Assembly: GCA_951406725.2 (NCBI GenBank)
Contig: OX597832.1
Span: forward strand, 1,798,001 to 1,862,000
Source of the DNA: Octopus vulgaris
Taxonomy: Eukaryota
Reading direction: 5' to 3'
Length of the DNA stretch: 64,000 nt
Position numbers and translations under genes: made by a program. Below are positions 51,753 to 64,000 of the stretch, one piece after another (position 1 is the first letter of the stretch; the number at the start of each line of letters is the position of its first letter). A model generated the notes under the pieces. The model did not search any database and had not been told where the DNA came from. It saw nothing but the letters and a program-made list of their open reading frames with translations.

Positions 51753-53671
51753 CTCTCTCACTCTCACTCTCTCTCTCACTTTCTCCCTATCTCTCTCACA
51801 CACACATACATACACACACACATACACACACATACACACGCACACACTAATGAAAAGGAAAACCTTTTTGCATTGATTCAAACATGAACGGTAATTTTTT
51901 TATCTCTATCCATACACTATACATGCATATCCTATATTTATCGAACAGGCATTGAAATGTATTCCGCAGGTTGCTTTTGAGACCATATTTTCTTAATCAT
52001 TGTTAACAGCCATTAATATTTTTTGAAATATAAGCCATCCATGATAGGATCGATGAGCTCAAGATCTTCATTTCATTTGATAAAACATCCAGGAATATTA
52101 TCATGATATAGAATATCCAGTTATATATAACGCAATTTGAAACGGAGTTGTCTGTTACCTACTTTCACAGGATGTAGTCTGTAGTACGCTTTGGTATGTC
52201 AGTCGCACTGTTATACATAAATATTAGAATTTCTTATAATATTTCAGTGGATAGTCTTTATCTAAATGCAATGTGATAAATAATAAAAAAAAACTTCTGA
52301 AGCGACATCGAAAACGTATGTTGTCTTTTTTTTCTGACTTATGTTGTTATTTTTTTTATATATTATATATCCCCAATTAAAATGAAGACTGGTCATTGTT
52401 GGGCAGATAGAAACAAAGCATTGAATACTTGGAATTGCTCCAAGACCGGATACATTATAAGATTTTTGTTTGATTATTCACAGTGTAATGATTTTTAAGG
52501 TAGATATTTACCAGGATTAAAAACGTAGATCGATAGTATGGGAAATGTTCTAACTCTTAACTACATTTAGAAACATATAGCGAAAAGCTTCTAATAGTAA
52601 GCATTTTCTTTTTAGATTTTATTCATCATCTTTCTACTCTATAGACCCAATATATCAATAGTATATCAAACAATGAACTAAATGCGTTGAGGCGATCAGT
52701 TTTGATTAAGTATATCTTTTTTAACTAATAAACTCACTTATTTTTGTGAGTTACTTCACCAAATAAATTATAAATAAATGGATGTGAACCAGTTTACTAC
52801 ACATACAAGAAATACGTGGGTTTGATACAATCAGCTATTCATTTAGAAATGGATAATAATTAACTGCTGAGATTTTAATAAAGCATACGTTAATTGTCAT
52901 AAGTATCACTTTTTGACAAAAGTGACTATCACACTGAAATAACTTGAAAAACGATAATTGCACGGTTCACTTCATGTGATCGGAATTTTTTTCTCTCTTC
53001 TGTTTCAAACCGATATTTACAATGTCTAAAATCATTCAGTTTAACATAATTTTAAATATAGTGTACGGATCTGATATCTCTTATTTCAAATTTACACATG
53101 TATCGTGTGCGTGTGTGTTTGTTTGGGATGTGTGGTCAAATTATAATGTATTTAATGAATGTAATAAAAGGCTAAATAACATATTTTGTTTGTAAAACAT
53201 AAATAACCCGGCGGATAAATGTTATTGCGCGTGTCTCTGTGTCTATGGCTATATATACAATAGTAAAATATGTACGTGAGTTTATGTGCGTATGTGTACC
53301 GACAAAGTTTCTATAACATTCACGTGTAACAGCAACAGCATTATAAGGGAGTTTTATGACAAGAATAATAATTTATGCATATGACTGTAAAGGCGATTAG
53401 TATGTACGTGAATTTCCTTTCGTTAACGAATGTAATAAATGAATGCTTGTAGCGAGCATAATAATAGGAAACGTTATCTCTGTATGAGCTTACAACAATA
53501 TTTTGTGGATCAGTAAGAATAAATATACGCGTCTTTGTGGGGTGTATGAGTGTGTTCGTGTGTGTTTGAGAGATAGAGAGAGAGAGGGGGGAGATAGACA
53601 GATAACAGACAGATAGACAGATAGATAGAGAGATAGAGCGAGAGAGATAGAGAGAGAGAGCAAGCAGACTG

Positions 53672-53960
53672 CAGACATAGCTGAGTGGTCAAGGACTTTG
53701 TTTCCTAATCATGAGATTGCAAATGTGATTCCACTTTGCAACATGAGCAAGTGTCTTTTATCACAGCCTCGGATCGGCCCAAATCTTGTTAGTTAAATTG
53801 TGTAAATAGAAATTATATGGAAACCCACCAAAATACCTATAATTTCAAAGGCCCATCGTTGTCACATTGGCTACCGTTAATTCAGCATGAGAATTATGTT
53901 ACGGATATATGTGTCTGCTGAATATTCAGGTACTGACATGTTTATTTAATGGGCAGATAG
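53672..53960 (+). mobile_element. Old SINE with an A-like head and B-like 3' part
   Basis: tagctgagtggtcaag..gcaagtgtctttta..tcggcccaaa, then ttgtcaca..gagaattatgtta..gtgtctg. Confidence 0.5.
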
Positions 53961-54180
53961 TCTAGCAGTATGTATGTACGTACGTATGTATGTATGTATG
54001 TATGTATGTATGTATGTATGTATGTATGTATGTATGTATGTATGTACGTACGTACGTACGTACGTATGTATGTATGTATGTATGTATGTATGTATGTATG
54101 TATGTATGTATGTATGTATGTATGTATGTATGTATGTACGTACGTATGTATGTATGTATGTATGTATGTTTATCTTTATG

Positions 54181-54732
54181 TCAGGTCACTTTCGAATGCT
54201 ACTGGTAACATGTAACCCAGTACAACCTGTTGCATGGTCGGGTCGTCGGCGACTAAACCGGCAACGCCACCAAGCTTGCTTGGTGAGGAGGGTGTTTATT
54301 GGATACCCTGCGGGATGAAAAACATAACATGTCAGAGGGCGGAGGAACTCTTGAGAGTCAACGGCCATCCAATAAATGTCTTATGGCTGTATCAAGCGTG
54401 GGGACATAGAAATAATGGGACTGAATACTCGATCGCACGGTTAAACAATTGGGAGTGAAGGACTCCTAGCCTTTGTTAGGGCATCCTTCTAGGAGAAGGT
54501 AACTCAGGTAACTGGGATAACTCCGACATAAAAGCTGCGGCTCAGTGGTTACCGATTATGTTGACTTGTTTTTCTTTTCGGATAATGGCTGCTGTTGCTT
54601 AGTGAGTGGGATTGACTCAGTGCACAGCTTTTCCTCACTTTAAAAAAAATCTTTTTGCACAGGCATTGCACGATAACAACATTGGTTAAGCTTCGTGCAA
54701 TGGCCATACTCGATAACGAGGGGGCAGCCACC
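54181..54732 (+). mobile_element. Non-coding RTE-derived element of about 550 bp with (ATGT)n tail, inside a (TATG)n array
   Basis: gggcatccttctaggagaaggtaactc resembles an RTE 5'-UTR motif. GC-richer island with no ORF, running directly into (ATGT)n. Confidence 0.5.
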
Positions 54733-55852
54733 ATGTATGTATGTATGTATGTATGTATGTATGTATGTATGTATGTATGTATGTATGTATGTATGTATGT
54801 ATGTATGTATGTATGTATGCATGATGCATGCATGTATGTATGTATGTATGCATGATGCATGTATGTATGTATGTGTGTATGTATGAATGTATGTATGTAT
54901 GTGTGTGTATGTATGAATGTATGTATGTATGTATGTATGTGATTGTATGTATGTATGTGATTGTATGTATGAATGTGATTGTATGATACGAATATAGTAA
55001 GTAAAATACACAGAAAATAATTTCTACGAAACAATTGAAAATGCCTTTCTTGCATGATTTCATTTTCAATTTCAGTGCATATTCTGCCACCAGACAGAGT
55101 AATAAATGAAACATGACAGTTTCATCGTTTACAGTGAGAACAATTCTTTTTCTCACAGTTTATTTCTTATAGGTAAAGATAAGTAACTGGAAGCAATGAC
55201 AGAAGACTAGGTCCTCTACACCGTGCAAATCTGACAGTCACGATTAATTGAATGTCTGTGAAAACAGGACAGCTTCTCATCGACAGAAAGCAATAGAGTC
55301 TGTAAATTAATGTTGGGGAGTTTTTCTGCTAGGATTGCCACTGATTAGTAACGCTGTTTTGCTTTGTAACATTCTACGACACATGAAATACTACAATCAT
55401 GGTTTTATATTTCTCTTTTTTTTTCTGGCAATTCCCGGAACTGAACTGTATAGTAATTACCTATTAACAGATTTTTATAAGAATGACAATGGCTGGTTTT
55501 TTAATTACTGGTTGTACCCTCGGTTTTTATATACGACTACATTAGTTGTTCCACCTGCTGTACCATGTCCACTAAACTGACGGGGTAACATCCAAGCAAC
55601 AAATTTCTACCAACCTGTCAAAATGTGAACTTGAAGTATTGCCTTGTCTTCTGCATCAAACACGTTTACGGCAAAAACATCGCCAGTGTAAGTTTTCACC
55701 GACAGAGGAAAACATTTTATTGACACTTAAATGTGTCCAAATGATGCATATGACATCACGCATGAATTACATCAAACAATCCACAGAGTTATTGCATCTG
55801 ACATCTACTTAATTAGATCTATCTCTGAAAAAGCGATGTCTTTAGGAAGACT

Positions 55853-55904
<52 letters not shown>

Positions 55905-55935
55905 ACACACACACACATACATACATATATATACA

Positions 55936-56001
<66 letters not shown>

Positions 56002-56004
<3 letters not shown>

Positions 56005-56528
56005 TAGTGGTACAACAAGGCACCAATGTTTACTAGAAATAGCAGTCGATAAATTTACGACGCTGTAGTAAAGCTTCACTGTGTATATACTGGCAAAGAC
56101 GTGTGATGGTACTGAAAATTTTAAAAAATCGTCTTACCTCTAGAAAGAACATTAGATAAATTGACAACCCAGAATCAGATAATCTAGTACCTAGGTTTCG
56201 GACTCTTCAAATACGTTTGTTATCATAAATTTGATTAGTCTTCTTCAGCTAGATTTACCTGGGGAATATTTCAAATGTTGCTACATCAATGTATACCCGC
56301 CTGAACGCCTACCCGTTAACAGACCCGAGAATAGTGAAAAAGTTTTCAATGAAAAATTAAATATTGCAATACAAATGTATTATTATCAAGTCAAATAAAG
56401 CACCGTAAAGATAGAAGTATAAATATAGAGTAGTGGTACAAGGCATCAATGTTTACTAGAAATAGCAGTCGATAAATTTACGACGCTATAGTAAAGTTTC
56501 ACTGTGTATATATTGGAAATGACGTATG
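56002..56528 (-). mobile_element. Retrozyme/pLTR-like 1.2-mer with a 426-nt monomer; diverged relative of 38803-39742
   Basis: gtagtggtacaa repeats at 56004 and 56430. Shares gactcttcaaatacgtttg, ttacctctag, atttcaaatgttgc and ctgaacgcc..cgttaacaga with 38.9-39.2 kb. Confidence 0.85.
56181..56255 (-). ncRNA. Type I hammerhead ribozyme
   Basis: aatctag-CTGAAGA-AGAC..tcaaat..atttga..GTCC-GAAAC-CTAG-GTA-ctagatt. 7-bp stem I. Confidence 0.85.
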
Positions 56529-56689
56529 TATGATGTATATATGGAGTAGTTTCGGGTGCTGTCATGAATCCATTTAGAAACATTTCTACAAAATGAAAGT
56601 TAAGAAATCGGGTAAATATCATTATAAACAACTTCTCAGTTAATATCCTTTATCCTAGTCAATAATTGAATTCCCCAAATTCCAATATT

Positions 56690-57030
56690 GGTTTCAAATT
56701 TTTGCACAAGGCCAGCAATTTCAGGAAGAAACTAAGTCGGTTATATCGACTCCAGTGTTCAACTGGACACCGGCGGCATTTGAGAACATAACATCGGGAA
56801 AAATGCCACTGAGCATTTTCCCCAGCGCTATAACGATTCTGTCAGCTCGCCGCCTTGCCCAAAGTCTACTGGTTTCAAATTTTGACACAGGGCCAGTAAT
56901 AATATTAACTCCAATGCTCAAATGGTACTTATTTTGTCGACCCCGAAGGGATGAAAGGCAAAGTCAACCTCGGTGGAATTTGAAATCAGAACGTAAAGTT
57001 GGAAGAAATGCTGCAATTTTCCCGGCGCGG
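56690..57030 (-). mobile_element. Two tandem, partly deleted SINE family C copies
   Basis: tggtttcaaattttgcacaaggccagcaat repeats at about 56690 and 56870. Core ggtacttattttgtcgaccccgaagggatgaaaggcaaagtcaacctc. Confidence 0.7.
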
Positions 57031-60000
57031 TATATTAAAGTATTGATGCTGTTTTGCCACAGGTCAACCTTCATAAAGCTGTTCTATAATCAAAGTATAA
57101 CTCTTTTCTAATTTTCCCTTTTTTTTTTTTTTCATATGTACTTTACCTAGAATATTATCTAATATGTCCTAATTTGAAAAAAGAGAATCAGGCATTGTTA
57201 TATCTTCGCCTTGCAACTATGTAGATCAGATTTCGATCATGCGTTTTGGAGAACTGTCTTCTACCACAGCCTTAGATTGGCCAATACCTTCTGCAGAATT
57301 TCCCTTTGCCAAATTCCACTCATAACGTATTGGTCAACAAGATAATACCACCTTCTGGTGGCATAGTCTAATACTATAAGCAGCAAGTGTACTGTAAAAT
57401 ATATTGGTTAGTAAACTTGCATTGGTAAGTTGACTCCCTCGTGCGAGAATATAAGTGTCTGTATATGCATGTGTGTGTGTGTGTGTACGCGCGCGCGCAT
57501 TTGTGTGTGTGCGCGCGCGTTTGTGTGTGTGCGTCTGTGTGAACTGCGTGTATCTTTTTTTTATCTGACATAAGATATATAAACTTGGAACGCTGGGGTG
57601 ACCAATTTTGGTTGTTTTTCTCAACAAAAAGAAAATTATTGAGTCAAAACCTCTTTAAAATAATCATATGCTGACCATTGGGCCTTCATTACCATCAGTT
57701 ACACGATACTGGAGATAGTCTTGTATATGACATTCTATGAAGCTGTTGAGATTATACTTAAATAAGATCTCAGCATAAAGAATATGAAATAACAACAAAC
57801 TCTCACTTCAAAGTGTTCTGGTAAATCATAAAGTACTTTATATGCATATCTGTATACTTATATTTCAATCAGTTTGATCTTTAGTCTTCATCAAATACCT
57901 TATTGCTAAATATGTTCATACTACCTCACTGGATTAGAACTAGAAACTTTTATTTGTAATTTAAGAGTCAACATGCACTTATCAATAAGCAACATATCGG
58001 AGATTAAACAGATCAAAATGAAATGAAGATGTAAGTTTAGAGGTTAATAGTAAGTGTTTAATTACAGCTTCAAACTGGTAATACCTAAATCTCTAAATCT
58101 CTAGTACTGAAGAATAGGAAGTTCATCTGCAAGTTCCGCTTTTCCCTTGGCAGCACAATGATATTATCTATCACCAGTGACAGATCTACAATACTGAGGC
58201 CCTGAAGCTTAAAATGTTATGGCGGCCTCCCTTTACAACCAACAGCAATAGAGTAACATCCAACAAGTCAAAGAATTTTCATGTCCTTGCAAGGAGCCCC
58301 CGCTTGAGGCCCTGATTGCCCAAATGGTGGAGTAGTGACATGGAGTCCTTAAAAAGGAGTCTGAAAGTGAGCCCTCTTTCCACCAGAAACGAGGTGTGGG
58401 TAATCACCGATATCGTTGTTGATGTGGCTATTCTGTGGTTAGTGTATTCCGAAGTATACACCAACCAAAATCCAACATCGATAATTTCTTCTTTCTTTTT
58501 TTCTTTCCCCTTTAGATCTGCTAATTCACTTAACTTCACGTTATGAATATTACTATTGCAATTTGTTGTTCGAGTATTGATAACTGTTACCTTATTTGGG
58601 GAAATTAACTCAGTCTTAAGTATTAATCTGTCTTTCTAACTTTCATTTGTATGAGTCAGAACTGTGTAAACTTCAGGAAACATGATTTATTCATCTTTAC
58701 CGCATAATTACTATAATGAATAATAACACACACAACAACAAAAAAACACACATATGTACGCACGCGCATGCACGCACACACACAGACAGACACACAGACA
58801 CACAGACACACACACACACAACAAAACACACACGTACGCACATGCATATGCGCGCGCGCACACACGTGTGTAACAGTGAGTATTTCACCGTTGCTTCTAT
58901 CAATATTATGGCCGTTTACGACAAGCAAACAACTTCCACCGCCGCCACCACTCCTACAGCAGAGAAATAAACGCGATTACTACCATCATTCCTATTAACA
59001 GCAATAAACAAAAACAACATCTGTTACAAAGTGCCAAAGCGTTTGTAACGAAGAGAATGTCCAGGTTCAATTTTCGCATGCGGTAAACCATAAGCAATTT
59101 TTCACAATGTTAATTTTGATCCACTTCTTCACTGTTGCTTCCTTAGCGCTATCACGATCACCATTAGCACCGCCATAGAAAGGAAGGGTTATTTACCTTC
59201 ACTATGTTATATCTATAAAATCTAGGGTCACAATGTAAGCACTATTATATTAACATATTTTAAATTTCTAATTCTAATGTCAGCTGAATTTTTAATAAAA
59301 ATAAAATTAGAACAAGAATTTCTTTTAAGAGATTTTATAAACATTCGACCACTTTCTATTTTATGCTAAAAAACGTGACTGTGTCTTAGATAAATTCTAA
59401 TAAATATGCATTATAATATGGCATATCAAACTTGAAATTATTTGTGCACAACAACGACACCAGTGGGTCTTATATATCGATGGCAAACAGATTTGACCAG
59501 TATGCGGTGTTAGCGGATGCCTGGTGCTGTTGAAGCGCGAGACAATCTGAAATCACGTGTTATAACAGTTTCGCCCACAAGTACTTGACATTTCTCGTTT
59601 GCTGCCGATATCTCTATGTTTTTATACACTAGACACCTTACACAAACGACTTTCTCAGAGTGAATACTGGAATATTACTGCAATAATACATCCACATTAA
59701 GTAGGATGTAAAAGTTGATATACTTATTTCAATTTTTACTAAACAGCAATGAATTATAGTCATAAATGATGAAAAATATTACAAATTTATGATATTGGTA
59801 TTCACAGTAGTAGCGATATTTGTAGTCACCAGTAACTAAAGTAGTCATGTAACAACAAACATCATCACCTCCCCGTCCTTCTCTTTCTTACTTTCTCCCT
59901 TTATCATTACCATCATCAACTTCGGTGCAGCCAACACCACTGTCATGACTACTAAGTCTCTTATTCTAAGTTATTTCCCTCTGGGGGAACAACATTATCA

Positions 60001-60604
60001 TTTACTCTTTTACTTATTTCAGTCATTTGACTGCGACAATGCTGGAGCACCGCCTTTAGTCGAACAAATCGACCCCAGGACTTATTCTTTGTAAGCCTAG
60101 TACTTATTCTATCGGAAGTGGTGACGCAATGGCCCAGTGGTTAGGGCAGCGGACTCGCGGTCATAGGATCGCGGTTTCGATTCCCAGACCGGGCGTTGTG
60201 AGTGTTTATTGAGCGAAAACACCTAAGCTCCACGAGGCTCCGGCAGGGGATGGTTGTGATCCCTGCTGTACTCTTTCACCACAACTTTCTCTCACTCTTA
60301 CTTCCTGTTTCTGTTGTACCTGTATTTCAAAGGCCCGGCCTTGTCACTCTCTGTGTCACGCTGAATATCCCCGAGAACTACGTTAAGGGTACACGTGTCT
60401 GTGGAGTGCTCAGCCACTTACACGTTAATTTTACGAGCAGGCTGTTTCGTTGATTCGGATCAACCAGAACCCTCGTCGTCGTAACCGACGGAGTGCTTCC
60501 CCTCCTCTATCGGGCTTTTTTGCCGAACCGCTAAGTTACGGGGACGTAAACCACACCAGCATCAGTTATCAAGCGATGTTGGGGGATACACAGACACACA
60601 CACA

Positions 60605-60654
<50 letters not shown>

Positions 60655-60810
60655 TACGACAGGCTTCTTTCAGTTTCCGTCTACCAAATCCACTCACAAG
60701 GCTTTGGTCAGCCCGAAGCTATAGTAGAAGACACTTGCCCGAGGTGCCACGCAGTGGGACTGAACCCGGAACCATGTGATTGGTAAGCAAGTTACTTACC
60801 ACACAGCCAC
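60001..60810 (-). mobile_element. Full-length SINE family A containing a nested SINE B
   Basis: 60001-60115 plus 60514-60810 reconstitute the family A consensus. Confidence 0.9.
60116..60505 (+). mobile_element. SINE family B nested in SINE A with 8-bp TSD
   Basis: Near-identical to 10926-11304. tctatcgg at 60108-60115 and 60506-60513. Confidence 0.92.
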
Positions 60811-61244
60811 TTCTGTTGTGCTCGGTTTTGTTTATTAAGCACTAAGCATTTATTTATCCAAAGTGATGAATTGACGGAAATATTAGAAAGTTTGCGAATT
60901 GTCTTGCGGATCTGTTCCGGTATTTGCATGCATATGTAACCGCCAGTCATACTTTAAAATATTTTGCCCAGGACTCTCCATATATGTACAAGTGCAAGAT
61001 CAACCTTGACCAAGGAAAGCAATCTAAAGTGTATTTGTAAAGGATTTATATCTTTGTAAGCTAGAAAATTCAGGAATACTTTGGTGCCAAATATTTAGCA
61101 TTAGACTGCTCACTGAGAAACATCTTGCCTCTATCACAACTTCATTGACTTCTAAAAGGCTTTTGACTGTGTTTGTCACGATAGGTTATGACAGGTGATA
61201 AAGAATTGCAATTTTGACAACAGCCTCATTGGAGTAGTCTAAGC

Positions 61245-61710
61245 ATTCTATGAAAACTCAAGCAGCGCATTTCTCCTGAACAACAACATCGGAGAAGTCT
61301 CCGGAACAACAGTGGGTGTTTGACAAAGATGTGTCCTTTCTCTAGAACTTTTCAACATCTTCATGGAGAACATCATGCAGGAGACACTTGTGGACCTCCA
61401 TCCTTCTGTTTTTATTACAGGATAGCCCATTTCCAATTTGCACTTTGCTGACGATATCCACTTGTTAGAAAGCAGCGAAACTGAACTACAGGAGCTCACC
61501 ACCAGACTGGAAAAGGTATCAGGAACATGCGGGATGGGGATCATCTCGGAAAAGAGCAAGATCTTGGTTAATAGTAACAACTAAAACACAGCAGCCAACA
61601 TCATGCTAAATGGAGAGAGACTTGATAAAGTGGACACCAAGTATCTAGGATCCGCTTTGATCAAGGACGGCAGATCTCAAAAAGACTTAGTTTAGCCTCT
61701 GCTACCATGA
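61245..61710 (+). mobile_element. RTE-clade LINE reverse transcriptase fragment (pseudogenised)
   Basis: TTVGV*QRCVLSLELFNIFMENIM..PISNLHFADDIHLL..ELQELTTRLEK..GMGIISEKSKIL..KYLGS. Confidence 0.85.
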
Positions 61711-62529
61711 CTAAGAGACTTAAGGAAAATAAAATGAGATATCTATCTTAGTCCTTAATAAAGGCAGGCGCAACCATATAATATCCTTTCTTGGAGATGC
61801 AGACTCTGCTCCAAAGAATCCCAGTGTATTTTAAGGACCAATGAGAAGACAATTAATAGAATTTCTGAAAGACTCTCAAGGTACTTACATGCTTATAAAT
61901 GCACTTCCGGACAATGCAGCAGGGATGAATTTGAGTAACCGTTAACCAAATTAGTAATCATAATTTACTTTAAGGTATGGCTGAATTAAATTTAACTCAA
62001 GTCTTCCCATCACGAGTAGAAGTAGTGGGGGAGAATCATAGCCATGTGTTGAGAGGAATTTTCTGAGATTTGAACATGGGTGTTATGATCAACATCCTTA
62101 CACAACCCTTATTAAGAGATCTCTTAAGTGGATGGGCTACTCAACTTGAAGAAAAATCCAGCTGGACCCCAGCTGCAAGGTTATGCACTGTTTATCTTGA
62201 TATAAGATCACCATGTCGCGCACACATGTTTGTGATGCATGTGCCTGGTGTACCCTTATCAGACTGGTAATCATGATGATTATACTATATTTTACTCCAG
62301 TGTTACTTTGACGGCATGCACTGCTCTCTCACTCTCCGCGCTAAATAACAGGGATTCAGCTCCGCGGTGAGTAGTAGGGATTCAGCTCCGCGGTGAATAT
62401 TGTTGATCAGCCTTCTGTACAGACAGAATACTCAAAAAAGATACATTAGTGATGAAAACTCATTCCACTCATAAGGCTTTGCGATTCCGTACTGCTACTG
62501 TTTACCTCTCGCTCAGAGATTTAATATAG

Positions 62530-62614
<85 letters not shown>

Positions 62615-62628
62615 CATACATACATACA

Positions 62629-62660
<32 letters not shown>

Positions 62661-62661
<1 letters not shown>

Positions 62662-63522
62662 CAGATCATCCCATAAGTTCTATCCGATTTTACCTTTTTA
62701 AAATTAAATGAAATTTAATAGTCTTTTAGAATGTCTAATGGAATTAAAAATTATTTTTATACATTTGTGTACATTTAAACTAATTAAATATATTTTACAG
62801 AATAATAGAATTAAAATTTCTTTGATTAAAACCCTTTCTAACATGGAAGTATCCAAAGAGCATTTAAGGCACATAATGCTTTATGAGTACAAAAAAGCAA
62901 ACTCTGCAGCCGAAGCAACTCGAAACATACACTCAGATTATGGGAAAGAACGCTTGAATGAAAGAACTTGCAGAAGATGATTTACAAAATTCAGAAGTGG
63001 AGATTTCAGCCTTGAAGATGAAGATCGAACAGGACGTCCAGTTGAGTTTGATGATAAGCTCACTGAGGCATTACTGTCAGGCGTTTGAACCAAGCTTTGA
63101 AGAAAAAAAGACCCGCTTTAGTGAATCGAAAAGGAGTGATGTTTCATCAGGACAATGTGCGACGCCACAATGCAAAGATCACATTACAGAAGATCGAAAA
63201 GCTTGGTTGGGAAAAAATTCCTCATCCACCTTATTCACCCGACCTTGCTCCTTCAGACTGCCATTTGTTTAGTAGTTTACAGAATCATTTGCGGAACAGA
63301 ACTTTTGCAAGCCAGGAGGAGGTCGAAACTGACATTTCAGAGTTCTTCGCTTTGAAAGCAAAAGAGTTTTACATTGATAGGATTACAAATCTTGTAGATA
63401 GATGGAAGAAAGTCATAGATAATCAAAGAAAGTACATTGATGATTAAATTTCAATTAAATATAACATATGATGACTTGTTTTCTTTATTAAAAATTCGGA
63501 CAGAACTTATGGGATGACCTGA
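62661..63522 (+). mobile_element. Mariner (DD34D), same family as 21351-22525, with an internal deletion
   Basis: Both TIRs and TA TSD. MEVSKEHLRHIMLYEYKK.. is joined at about 63075 to ..NQALKKKRPALVNRKGVMFHQDN..YSPDLAPSD. Confidence 0.95.
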
Positions 63523-63526
63523 TATA

Positions 63527-63562
<36 letters not shown>

Positions 63563-64000
63563 TGTATGTATGTATGTATGTATGTATGTATAGCAACATT
63601 TATATCCAACTTAACGTGGATTCAGGAACTGATGTTGCAAATAGCCATTGGGCTTATGGAAAAATAATTAGCAGCAACAGAAACTGTTATGCTGGACACA
63701 AAGATTGCCTCTTGTTATAATGTGTGTGTCTCTGTGTGTGTGCGTGCCTGCGTGCGTGTGTGTGTGTGTATGTATGCATTTATGTATGTATGCATGCATG
63801 TATGTATGCATGCATGTATGCATGCATGTATGTATGTATGTGAAAGTTTTCAGAAAAAAACGGATACAAACAGAATACTCACAAAAGATACATTAAAAAA
63901 AGATACATTAAACAATTACGTGCTTTTCACTGTTTTTGGGTTTCCAGATACACCTGTTATAAGATAATCCTTTTAGAGGAAGTTGTTTTAGTACTCGTTT

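Noticed and set aside
61940-62397. Probable interspersed repeat 3' end, plus a 21-bp tandem duplication (agggattcagctccgcggtga x2)
   Set aside because: No second copy or diagnostic motif in the window, so it cannot be classified from this sequence.

Overview
AT-rich, microsatellite-dense eukaryotic DNA, intergenic or intronic. The repeat content (tRNA-derived SINE families, (TA)n/(CA)n/(TAGA)n/(TATG)n arrays) is typical of an octopus genome, which is an inference. No intact host gene can be supported, and most ORFs in the track are microsatellite translations. The window is a stack of decayed mobile elements: mariner DD34D (3 copies), Tc1 DD34E, maT DD37D (2), rosa DD41D, a MITE, a probable non-autonomous Helitron, R4/Dong-like, HERO-like, RTE and L2-like LINE remnants, several SINEs, and Penelope-like element (PLE) fragments. 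The main signal outside the ORF track is about a dozen minimal type I hammerhead ribozyme (HHR) motifs, most with a palindromic loop III. They sit in fold-back structures or in terminally redundant, circularly permuted 426-479 nt monomers inserted in (TA)n tracts. One family (38.8-39.7 kb and 56.0-56.5 kb) keeps its monomer length (about 427 vs 426 nt) and shows compensatory changes in the ribozyme stems. Two endonuclease-bearing PLE ends carry HHRs with the U3:A8 core covariation. Together these suggest retrozyme-like self-cleaving, possibly circular, RNAs mobilised by PLEs. Coordinates and counts were read by eye, and the ends of decayed elements are approximate.
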